Positions 39,853 to 47,694 of a stretch of DNA of 64,000 nt are shown piece after piece. This DNA comes from Bacilli bacterium (GTDB taxonomy: Bacteria; Bacillota_I; Bacilli_A; RF39; UBA660). The DNA is taken from positions 205,591 to 269,590 of the forward strand of contig JAFQQQ010000002.1 of the NCBI GenBank assembly GCA_017410525.1, read 5' to 3'. The stretch's first letter is position 1; each line of letters starts with the position of its first letter. The position numbers were made by a program, and so were the translations under genes. The notes beneath the pieces are model-generated. The model did not search any database. It saw nothing but the letters and a program-made list of their open reading frames with translations, and was not told where the DNA came from.

Positions 39853-39912
39853 AAAAAAGTATTGTCAAAATACGAAAATTAGGATATACTTATATAGTCA
39901 TATCTTTTTGAT

Positions 39913-39989
<77 letters not shown>

Positions 39990-40003
39990 TCTTATTAAAA
40001 TAT

Positions 40004-40080
40004 GGCCGGTTGGTGAAGCGGCTTAACACACATGCCTTTCACGCATGCATTCACGGGTCCGAATCCCGTACCGGTCACCA
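40004..40080 (+). tRNA. tRNA-Glu (anticodon UUC)
   Basis: Acceptor GGCCGGT/ACCGGTC, anticodon stem CATGC/GCATG with loop CTTTCAC, T arm ACGGG-TCCGAAT-CCCGT, CCA encoded. Resembles the Bacillus tRNA-Glu sequence, judged from memory. Confidence 0.8.
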
Positions 40081-40091
40081 TATGTTAATTA

Positions 40092-40118
40092 ACCCTTGAT
40101 TTTCAAGGGTTTTTATTT
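40092..40118 (+). terminator. Terminator hairpin AACCCTTGA..TCAAGGGTT + T-run after the tRNA pair
   Basis: Perfect 9-bp stem, 4-nt loop, TTTTTATTTT. Confidence 0.6.
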
Positions 40119-40128
40119 TGTCGTTTGA

Positions 40129-40153
40129 GTTTTGGTCTTGTTTTTGGTCTTGT
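40129..40153 (+). repeat. Tandem direct repeat TTTTGGTCTTGT x2
   Basis: GTTTTGGTCTTGTTTTTGGTCTTGTAA. Related copies recur at 41365-41401. Confidence 0.6.
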
Positions 40154-40253
40154 AACTCGTTTTTTTTTTGAACTTTTTTATTTCCTTTTGTCAATATAAA
40201 ATAAAAAACGAAAAAAACATTGAAAAAAAGATCAAAAATATAGAAGTTTTTAA

Positions 40254-40320
40254 ATGGTGACCGGTAAGAAACCCGGACCCACTTATAGCTATAGTGAATA
40301 CCTGCGTGAGTGTGTGTTAA
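40254..40320 (-). pseudogene. Degenerate inverted copy of tRNA-Glu (3' half), pseudo-tRNA fragment
   Basis: TGGTGACCGGTA...GTGAATACCTGCGTGAGTGTGTGTTAAG matches the reverse complement of the tRNA-Glu 3' end and anticodon-arm region with an about 13-nt insertion. The T-arm cannot fold. Confidence 0.45.
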
Positions 40321-40418
40321 GATTTGATAAAATAAATTGACCTCTCGCTTATTTAAAAAAAGTTGATATTTTTTTCTTTTGTGATATAATATAAGAAATT
40401 TTTGTAGGGGGATAATTT

Positions 40419-40700
40419 ATGAAAGAAATCACGTTTTATAGAACATATAGTTATGGTGGTATGGAAGGTAGAAACAAAGAAGTGAGAAATTTTGAAACAG
40501 TAGAGTTAGCTGTTCAAGATGCTCTTAAAGATACTTGGAATGACCAATTTAAATTATATAAAGTAAAAATGATATTTGATGGAAAAATAACAGAAGAAGA
40601 AAAGTACATAGAACCTTTAGTGTGTGGTAGAGATTTAATTTCTGATAATCCATTGAATAAATTAAATTTAGAATCTTTAACTAAACCAAAAAGAAAATAG
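40419..40700 (+). CDS. Hypothetical 93-aa protein
   Basis: ORF with RBS GGGGGATAA and an upstream extended -10 (TGATATAAT). No recognisable domain. Confidence 0.4.
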   Translation: MKEITFYRTYSYGGMEGRNKEVRNFETVELAVQDALKDTWNDQFKLYKVKMIFDGKITEEEKYIEPLVCGRDLISDNPLNKLNLESLTKPKRK

Positions 40701-40784
40701 TGTTGTATCTTGATTTTTAGATTTTATTTAGTAGTTAACGTTTGTCAAAAAATTTTTAAAAAAACATAAAAAGGAGTTTCTGTA

Positions 40785-41345
40785 ATGAAAGAAAAATTAT
40801 TTAATACAAGTGATGGTATAAAATATAAATTCTCAAGATTTTATATTATTAAAAATAATTATTTATTTAGTACTAGTAATGCTAATTTAGGTCATAATTT
40901 AAAAACTTGTTGTTGTATAAAAAAGTTAGGTTCAAATGTTCGTCCTAAAATTTATTTAGATATAAAAAAGGATAATAAGATAATCATGAAAAACAAACTT
41001 ATAGGTGATTACCAAGCATTAATGGATTTTATAGTGGAACACCAGAATGATTTTATATTTATAAAAGGTTTTAGTAGAGCTAGTATGGCTGAATTTATAG
41101 CAATGCTTAATATCAAAAAGCAGATGAATATTAAACCTGTAAAATTTAAAAATAAAATATTAGAGGCACAATACGAAAGACATTTACTAACAAAAGAACA
41201 ACGCATTGAAGAATTAAATAAAAAATTAGAAAATGGCGCAGAAGTTGATAGTGCTGAGCAATATATGAAAATTACCAATTCAGTATTTGGTATAAATAGA
41301 TATAAGTCTAGACAAAAAATTATACAATTAAGAAAAAATAGTTAG
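40785..41345 (+). CDS. Hypothetical 186-aa protein (basic, coiled-coil C-terminus)
   Basis: RBS AAAGGAG. No recognisable catalytic motif. It is the larger of the two ORFs of the islet. Confidence 0.4.
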   Translation: MKEKLFNTSDGIKYKFSRFYIIKNNYLFSTSNANLGHNLKTCCCIKKLGSNVRPKIYLDIKKDNKIIMKNKLIGDYQALMDFIVEHQNDFIFIKGFSRASMAEFIAMLNIKKQMNIKPVKFKNKILEAQYERHLLTKEQRIEELNKKLENGAEVDSAEQYMKITNSVFGINRYKSRQKIIQLRKNS

Positions 41346-41364
41346 GCTAAATAACTATTTTTTG

Positions 41365-41401
41365 TTTTAGTCTTATTTTGGTCTTGTGGTTTGGTCTTGT
41401 A
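41365..41401 (+). repeat. Tandem direct repeats TTTAGTCTTAT / TTTGGTCTTGT / TTTGGTCTTGT
   Basis: Same 11-mer family as at 40129-40153, in the same orientation, near the other end of the islet. Confidence 0.55.
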
Positions 41402-41541
41402 AATGGTTACTATTTGTTAAAATTATCAAAATAAACAGTAACAAAAAATGATAAAACAGTAACACGAAATCCCTTTGTTTTTAAGGCAATATGGCATTAG
41501 CCCTTTATTTTCAATAATTTTCTAAAAATAGAAGTTCACAT

Positions 41542-41558
41542 TCCCGTACCGGTCACCA
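41542..41558 (+). repeat. Direct repeat of tRNA-Glu 3' end (attR-like)
   Basis: A 17/17 identity to 40064-40080. Confidence 0.6.
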
Positions 41559-41606
41559 TTTATGAATTAGAAACCATTTTATATGGTTTTTTTCTTTATA
41601 TAATTG

Positions 41607-41640
41607 TGAACGCATTGCGTGGTGTGAGTGATTAAGCCTT
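41607..41640 (-). pseudogene. Second inverted tRNA-Glu-like fragment
   Basis: GTGAACGCATTGCGTGGTGTGAGTGATTAAGCC resembles the reverse complement of the tRNA-Glu anticodon/D-arm region (..GTGAATGCATGCGTG..GTGTGTTAAGCC). Confidence 0.35.
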
Positions 41641-41771
41641 ATATGGTTTTGAGTAAGTATTAATACTAAAATAACTGAATGGAATGAACCTGAATAGACC
41701 TCTCGCTTAAATTAATAATTTATGTTATAATTAAATTGTCATATAAATGATAAGTTGTAAGGAGGAAATAC

Positions 41772-42419
41772 ATGAATAATACTATAGTAACATATGAAAC
41801 ATTCCATGGAAGTGCGAAGAAGATAGCTAATATAATTTCTGATAAATTAAATTGCAAATGTATTAATATAGATACACCTTTTGAAGCTGAAGATTTAAAA
41901 GAAATAGATAATATAATATTAGTATTTAACTTTAGAGGGCCATATACTGCTCAATTAACTAAATTATATTTAAATAGAGTTAAAGAACAGTTAAAAAATA
42001 AAAATGTAATTTTAGTAGGTGAAGGATTATTTTCAGAAAAAGAATTCCCTGTAGTAGCAGATGAAATATACAAAAATAACCCATCAAAAACATTTAACAA
42101 ATTTTTTGTTAATGGACAATTAAGAATGGAAACATTATTTCCAGAAGAAAGAGCTCTACTTAAAAAGTTTAGTGAAATAACTGGTATGGAAATAAAAGAT
42201 ATGGGAGAACTTGATTTGAAGAAAGCAGAAGAAGTTGCTAATGAAATTGAAAGATTGATTGAAACGGATGAATTTAAGACTCCAATAGAAAATGAAACAA
42301 ATGAAAATCAAGGAACAAAGTGGGTTTGTCCAGTATGTGGGTATATCCACTATGGAGATAATCCACCAGAAAAATGTCCTTTGTGTGGAGTACCTAAAGA
42401 ACTTTTTAGAAAAGAATAA
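41772..42419 (+). CDS. Flavodoxin-like domain fused to C-terminal rubredoxin-like zinc/iron finger
   Basis: N-terminal flavodoxin-fold pattern (TYETFHGSAKKIA), C-terminal WVCPVCGY...CPLCG (rubredoxin CxxC...CxxC). RBS AAGGAGG. Confidence 0.65.
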   Translation: MNNTIVTYETFHGSAKKIANIISDKLNCKCINIDTPFEAEDLKEIDNIILVFNFRGPYTAQLTKLYLNRVKEQLKNKNVILVGEGLFSEKEFPVVADEIYKNNPSKTFNKFFVNGQLRMETLFPEERALLKKFSEITGMEIKDMGELDLKKAEEVANEIERLIETDEFKTPIENETNENQGTKWVCPVCGYIHYGDNPPEKCPLCGVPKELFRKE

Positions 42420-42471
42420 AAAAAGTTTGAATAATTAAAATATAAGTAGTATAATTTAATTATTCTTTTAT

Positions 42472-42546
42472 TGCCCCATAGCCAAGCGGTAAGGCAGTGG
42501 ACTCTGACTCCAATATGCGAAAGTTCGAATCTTTCTGGGGCAACCA
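42472..42546 (+). tRNA. tRNA-Gln (anticodon CUG)
   Basis: Acceptor TGCCCCA/TGGGGCA, anticodon loop CTCTGAC, T arm GAAAG-TTCGAAT-CTTTC, CCA encoded. Confidence 0.75.
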
Positions 42547-42549
42547 AGT

Positions 42550-42636
42550 GCAAGAATGGCGGAATTGGTAGACGCACTACTTTGAGGGGGTAGTGACTAT
42601 ATGGTCGTGGGAGTTCAAGTCTCCTTTCTTGTACCA
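42550..42636 (+). tRNA. tRNA-Leu (anticodon GAG), type II with long variable arm
   Basis: Acceptor GCAAGAA/TTCTTGT, D-loop GGAATTGGTAGAC, anticodon loop TTGAGGG, long variable arm, T arm GGGAG-TTCAAGT-CTCCT, CCA. Confidence 0.75.
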
Positions 42637-42638
42637 AT

Positions 42639-42712
42639 GCTGATTTAGTTTAGTGGTAAAACAAAAGCATGGTAAGCTTTAGAGGACTGTTCAATTCAGT
42701 CATTCAGCACCA
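42639..42712 (+). tRNA. tRNA-Thr-like (anticodon GGU), unusually AU-rich
   Basis: Hand fold: acceptor GCTGATT/ATTCAGC (one mismatch), D stem GTTT/AAAC, anticodon stem AAAGC/GCTTT with loop ATGGTAA, T arm GACTG-TTCAATT-CAGTC, CCA. Confidence 0.55.
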
Positions 42713-42717
42713 CTTTT

Positions 42718-42791
42718 GGGAAACTTGCTCAATTGGTTAGAGCGCTTGCTTGACGTGCAAGAGATCAAGGGTTCGAGTCCTATGTTTCTCA
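42718..42791 (+). tRNA. tRNA-Val (anticodon GAC), no encoded CCA, weak T-stem
   Basis: Acceptor GGGAAAC/GTTTCTC, D arm GCTC..GAGC, anticodon stem CTTGC/GCAAG with loop TTGACGT, T arm with one mismatch. Confidence 0.55.
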
Positions 42792-42946
42792 CTATTATTT
42801 TTAACCCTTAAACACTTGTTACAAAATATTAGGTATGTTATAATTATTATAGATAAGAAGTAGTTAACATACCACACAATTAATGGTTTAATTAATGAGA
42901 CTTATCTACTACAGTAGTAAGTCTTTTTATTTTAGAGGTGATTAAA

Positions 42947-45583
42947 ATGTTTTATAATAAAGATATAAAAGAAATAGAAAAAGAATTAAATACAAGCATA
43001 GATGGTTTAACAGAAAATGAAGTAAAAAAGAGGATAGAAAAATATGGTAAAAATATATTACCTAAAAATAAAAAAGATAGTATATTAAAATTATTTTTTA
43101 ATGAACTTAAAGATCCTATTATATTACTTTTGATAGTTGCTATAATTGTTTCTATAATTGCCGGAGAGGTAATAGATGCGCTTGCGATATTTTTTATAGT
43201 TCTTATTGATTTAATTATGGGAACATATCAAGAAAATAAAGCAAATAACACAGCAGAAGCATTAGAAAATCTAGTTAAGCAAGAAGTTAAAGTAATAAGA
43301 AATGGTGAAATAGTAAAAGTTGCATCAGAAGAACTTACAATAGGGGATATAGTTATACTTGAATCGGGAGATAAAATATCTGCTGATATGAGAATTATAG
43401 AAGCGCATAACTTAATGGTTGATGAAGCAATTTTAACTGGTGAAAGTGTTCAAGTAAATAAGAATGGTGAAATTGTTAACATAAGTAATGCTCAAATAAC
43501 TGAACAAGATAATATGTTATTTTCTGGTACTAGTGTAGTTAAAGGTAGAGCTAAAGCAATAGTTGTTTCCATAGGCCTTTCTACTGAAATTGGTAAAATA
43601 GCTAGAAGTATAAATGAAACCAAAGAAGAAAAATCCCCTTTAACAATAAGAGTAGAAAAATTTTCAAAACAAATAAGTGTTTTAGTATTGGTAATAGCTA
43701 TAGTTATAACATTCTTGCTCATTTCAAAAGGAGAAAAACCTGATGCTATATTCTTATCTGTTGTTGCACTTGCAGTGTCTGCTATGCCAGAAGGACTTCC
43801 TTTAGCACTCACAATGGCTCTTACAATAGCTTCAAATAAAATGGCGAAGAAAAATGTAATAGTAAGAAAATTAAAATCAGTAGAATCACTTGGAAGTTGT
43901 ACTGTAATCGCTAGTGATAAAACAGGTACTCTTACAGTAAATGAACAAACTGCAAAAAAAATATTATTACCTAATAATACAGAATACAAAATAGAAGGAA
44001 TTGGTTATAGTACAAAAGGAAAAGTGTTAGGAGATAATATAGAATTTGCTAAAGAAATAGGTTTGCTTGGAACCATTAACAATGAAGCAATTATGACCGA
44101 TGAAAAAATTGTGGGAGATTCTATAGATGTAGCATTCTTGGTAATGGGTAAAAAATTAAATGTAGATACAAAAAATATAAATACTTTAGAAATAATTGCG
44201 TATGAATCAGAAAATAAATATTCAGCAGTTTTCTATGAGTTAGATAATGAAATTTATTGTACTGTTAAAGGTTCATTAGAAGTTGTTAAAAAATTTTGTA
44301 ATAATATAAATTTAATTGATCAAAAAACAACTTCAAACGTACTTGATGAACAAAATGAAATGCTTGCGCGTAATGGTTATAGAGTAATCGCGCTCGCTAA
44401 TGGTAAAATTCATAAGAAAGATAAATATAGTGAAAAAGATATTAAAAATTTAACTTTTATGGGAATGGTAGGTTTTATTGATCCTATAAGAAAAGAGGTA
44501 GTTGATTCTATTGATGAATGTAGAACAGCAGGTATAAAAGTTTTAATGATTACAGGAGATCATCCGTTAACTGCTTTTTCAATTGCTAAAGAATTAAAAT
44601 TAACTGAAGAGTTTTATGATGTAACAACTGGAATAGAAGTAGATGAATATTTTAAAAAAGGAGAAAAAGAATTTGATGAATATGTAAAATCAAAATGTAT
44701 ATTTACAAGAGTTACCCCTTTACAAAAATTAGAAATAGTTGAATCATTAAAAAGACAAGGTGAGTTTGTTGCTGTTACAGGTGATGGAGTAAACGATGCT
44801 CCTGCGCTCAAAGCTGCTAATATAGGTATTGCTATGGGTAGTGGGACTGATATAGCTAGAGAAACAGCAAACATGATAGTAATTGATGATAATTTTAAAT
44901 CGATAGTTGCAGGTGTTAAAGAAGGTAGAATTGCTTATGCTAATATTAGGAAGATAATTTTATTCTTAATTTCTTGCGGCCTTGCTGAAGTATTGTTCTT
45001 CTGTTTATCAATTATATTTGATTTACCAATGCCTTTAGTTGCTATTCAACTTTTATGGCTTAATGTAGTAACAGATGGTATACAAGATTTTGCTTTATCT
45101 TTTGAAAGAGCAGAAGAAGGAATAATGAATGAAAAACCAAGAAATCCTAAAGAACCTTTATTTGATAAAAGTTTATTCGATGGTATTATGCTTTCAGGTT
45201 TAACTATAGGTTTGGTAGTGTTTGCAGTATGGTTCTATTTAATAAGGGTTATTAAAATTGATATAGATACCTCAAGAGGATATATAATGGCTTTGATGGT
45301 ATTTATTCAAAATATACATGTATTTAATTGTAGAAGTGAAAAACAATCCGCTTTAAAAGTGCCAATAAAGAAAAATAAATTAATATTATATGGAGTAATA
45401 TTCTCAATATTTTTACAAATTATAGTTATGGAAGTTCCTATATTATCAAGCTTCTTGAAAACAACTTCAATACCTGTTCTAAATCTAATAGTATTACTTA
45501 TAATGGCCACAATAGTTTTAATAGTATTAGAACTATATAAAAAAATAAAATATAATAAGAAAAATCTAATTAAAGAAAATTAG
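42947..45583 (+). CDS. Calcium-translocating P-type ATPase (P2A/PMCA-like)
   Basis: DKTGTLT phosphorylation site, TGES, the GDGVNDAPAL hinge and 10 TM segments. Start moved to the ATG after GAGGTGA. Confidence 0.85.
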   Translation: MFYNKDIKEIEKELNTSIDGLTENEVKKRIEKYGKNILPKNKKDSILKLFFNELKDPIILLLIVAIIVSIIAGEVIDALAIFFIVLIDLIMGTYQENKANNTAEALENLVKQEVKVIRNGEIVKVASEELTIGDIVILESGDKISADMRIIEAHNLMVDEAILTGESVQVNKNGEIVNISNAQITEQDNMLFSGTSVVKGRAKAIVVSIGLSTEIGKIARSINETKEEKSPLTIRVEKFSKQISVLVLVIAIVITFLLISKGEKPDAIFLSVVALAVSAMPEGLPLALTMALTIASNKMAKKNVIVRKLKSVESLGSCTVIASDKTGTLTVNEQTAKKILLPNNTEYKIEGIGYSTKGKVLGDNIEFAKEIGLLGTINNEAIMTDEKIVGDSIDVAFLVMGKKLNVDTKNINTLEIIAYESENKYSAVFYELDNEIYCTVKGSLEVVKKFCNNINLIDQKTTSNVLDEQNEMLARNGYRVIALANGKIHKKDKYSEKDIKNLTFMGMVGFIDPIRKEVVDSIDECRTAGIKVLMITGDHPLTAFSIAKELKLTEEFYDVTTGIEVDEYFKKGEKEFDEYVKSKCIFTRVTPLQKLEIVESLKRQGEFVAVTGDGVNDAPALKAANIGIAMGSGTDIARETANMIVIDDNFKSIVAGVKEGRIAYANIRKIILFLISCGLAEVLFFCLSIIFDLPMPLVAIQLLWLNVVTDGIQDFALSFERAEEGIMNEKPRNPKEPLFDKSLFDGIMLSGLTIGLVVFAVWFYLIRVIKIDIDTSRGYIMALMVFIQNIHVFNCRSEKQSALKVPIKKNKLILYGVIFSIFLQIIVMEVPILSSFLKTTSIPVLNLIVLLIMATIVLIVLELYKKIKYNKKNLIKEN

Positions 45584-45636
45584 ATTTTTTTGTATAAAAA
45601 GAAAAAAATGAATCAATATATAATTGGAGGGATTTT

Positions 45637-46074
45637 ATGAGTAAAAATAATGAAGAAGTAAACGTATTAGATGAATTAAATAAAGGTGCTTGTATGGGTA
45701 GAGATGCCATTCACTTTATAATGGATAAAGTAGAAGATGAAAATTTAAAAAAAGAATTAGATAGACAATATAGAGAATACAAAGAAATAAGTGAAGAAAT
45801 AAATAAAATATATCCTGAATATAGTGAAGACGAACCACATAAAACAAGTGCTATGAATAAGATGATGACTTGGTACGGAATTGAAATGAAAACTTTGATG
45901 GATTCTAGTACTTCTAAAATTGCAGAACTTTTAATGCAAGGAACTAATATGGGAATTATTGAAGGTAGAAGACTTTTAAATGATAAAAATACTGATGAAG
46001 AAATAAATAAATTAGTAGAAAAATATGTACAAGTACAAGAAACTGCTGTAGAAAAATTAAAACCATTTTTATAA
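45637..46074 (+). CDS. Hypothetical 145-aa protein
   Basis: RBS GGAGGG. All-alpha, acidic. No motif recognised. Confidence 0.45.
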   Translation: MSKNNEEVNVLDELNKGACMGRDAIHFIMDKVEDENLKKELDRQYREYKEISEEINKIYPEYSEDEPHKTSAMNKMMTWYGIEMKTLMDSSTSKIAELLMQGTNMGIIEGRRLLNDKNTDEEINKLVEKYVQVQETAVEKLKPFL

Positions 46075-46126
46075 TAAGCAATGCTTATTATTTTTTGTTT
46101 GAATATAATTAAAAGGGAGTGATTTA

Positions 46127-47071
46127 ATGGATTATAAATATTATTATTCAAATAATAACGGTAAAGACGATTACGGATTAAAATATGTTGATGAGTGTGG
46201 TAATGGATTAAAGTGTACTGAGTATAAAATACAATATCCACCACAGTGTCAATGTGAACAACCTGGTATGGAGTATATGATGCATCCAAGGCCTGTATTT
46301 GATAACCCTAATTATATAGGTTCTGGTAAATTAAAAGATAAAGTTGCAATCATAACAGGTGGAGATTCTGGTATTGGTAGAGCAGTTGCTATTGCTTATG
46401 TAAAAGAAGGAGCTAAAGTTGTATTACCTTATTTAAATGAACATATAGATGCTAATGAAACTAAACAATATATAGATTCTTTAGGTGGTACTTGTATACT
46501 TATGCCTGGGGATATTAAAGATCCTAACTTTTGTGACTACATAGTTGAAGAAGCAATGAAAAATTTTGGTAAGATAGATATACTTGTAAATAATGCAGGG
46601 GTTCAATTTCAAACAAAGAGTTTGCTTGATATAAGTGATGAACAATTTGATGTAACTATGAAAATAAATATGTATTCTATATTTTATTTAACTAAAAGAG
46701 CACTAAAATACATGCATCCTGGAGCATCTATAATAAATGTTAGTTCAGTAACAACTTTCTATGGTGAACCAGAACTAATAGACTATGTAACTAGTAAAGG
46801 TGCTATAATAGGATTTACTAGGGCACTTTCAACAAACTTAGCAGACAAAAATATAAGAGTAAATGCAGTTGCTCCTGGATACTTTTGGACTGCACTTCAA
46901 CCTGCTTGCTGGGAAGCAGAAAAGATTCCAACGCTAGGTGCAGATGCTCCTATGAAAAGAGCAGGTGAAACATTTGAAATAGCACCTTTATTTGTATATC
47001 TTGCAAGTAGTGATTCTTCATATGTTACAGGACAAACAATGCATATAAATGGCGGACTATATAAAGGATAA
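46127..47071 (+). CDS. SDR-family oxidoreductase, general-stress-protein-39-like (YdaD/YhdF type)
   Basis: GKLKDKVAIITGGDSGIGRAV Rossmann motif after an about 65-aa N-extension, NAG, and the catalytic YxxxK (YVTSK). Confidence 0.8.
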   Translation: MDYKYYYSNNNGKDDYGLKYVDECGNGLKCTEYKIQYPPQCQCEQPGMEYMMHPRPVFDNPNYIGSGKLKDKVAIITGGDSGIGRAVAIAYVKEGAKVVLPYLNEHIDANETKQYIDSLGGTCILMPGDIKDPNFCDYIVEEAMKNFGKIDILVNNAGVQFQTKSLLDISDEQFDVTMKINMYSIFYLTKRALKYMHPGASIINVSSVTTFYGEPELIDYVTSKGAIIGFTRALSTNLADKNIRVNAVAPGYFWTALQPACWEAEKIPTLGADAPMKRAGETFEIAPLFVYLASSDSSYVTGQTMHINGGLYKG

Positions 47072-47127
47072 AAAAGTTGTATAACTTTTTTTCTTTTTGC
47101 TCAATATAAAAAAGAAAGGAGATAGTT

Positions 47128-47352
47128 ATGCAAGAAACTTATAATGCAGTACCAAATATTGTTAGTTCAAAAGATTTAGATTATTTAAGTGATATGTTTA
47201 ATTGGAATTATGGTGCTTATAAAAGTAGTTTGAATGCTTCTAATTCAGTTATGGATGAAAATTTGAGTAATCTATTATTAAAAGCATCTAATATATTTCA
47301 TAGTAATATGAGTAAAGTATTAAATATGATTATGGGAGGTAACAATGAATAA
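47128..47352 (+). CDS. Small CotF-like/spore-coat-associated protein (putative)
   Basis: 74 aa, DLDYLSDMFNW helix. Paired with the following Coat-F-like ORF by a 4-nt overlap. Confidence 0.4.
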   Translation: MQETYNAVPNIVSSKDLDYLSDMFNWNYGAYKSSLNASNSVMDENLSNLLLKASNIFHSNMSKVLNMIMGGNNE

Positions 47353-47659
47353 TAGTATTAGTAATCCTAAAACAGAAGTACCTAAAGGAACAAGTATAAA
47401 TGATAAAGATTATATGAATTCATTACTTGGTACTTTAAAAGAAATGGTTAAAAATTATGCAGTTGCTTTAACAGAAGTAAGTAATGAAACTCTATATAAA
47501 GAATTTAAAAATATGTTTGATGAATATACAAATTTACAAAGAGAAGTTTATGAAGTAATGTTTAGAAAAGGTTGGTACACAATAGAGGTAGCAGAACAAC
47601 AAAAATTAGATAATAAACACCAAATACTAAATCAAGAGTTTATGGATTTACAAAGTTAA
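47345..47659 (+). CDS. Spore coat protein F (CotF) family protein
   Basis: D.DYMNSLL...K..V..YA.AL.E.SN..L...F..M..EYT.LQ.EVY..M...GWY matches the Coat-F domain pattern as I recall it. Terminator at 47660-47680. Confidence 0.55.
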   Translation: MNNSISNPKTEVPKGTSINDKDYMNSLLGTLKEMVKNYAVALTEVSNETLYKEFKNMFDEYTNLQREVYEVMFRKGWYTIEVAEQQKLDNKHQILNQEFMDLQS

Positions 47660-47694
47660 AGACTTATGTCTTTTTTTGTATACATAAAAATATT

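Larger units (their letters stand above)
40081..41558 (+). mobile_element. Small (~1.46 kb) integrase-less islet inserted at the 3' end of tRNA-Glu, bounded by a 17-bp direct repeat
   Basis: TCCCGTACCGGTCACCA is present at 40064-40080 (tRNA 3' end) and again at 41542-41558. Internal tandem repeats and inverted tRNA-Glu pseudo-fragments are also present. Confidence 0.4.

Noticed and set aside
40254-40320. Inverted tRNA-Glu-like sequence as a functional minus-strand tRNA gene.
   Set aside because: The T-arm and acceptor stem cannot be formed after the about 13-nt insertion, so I treat it as a pseudo-fragment.
42350-42637. 95-aa minus-strand ORF across the tRNA-Gln/Leu cluster.
   Set aside because: Its sequence is the antisense of three well-folding tRNAs, so it is spurious.
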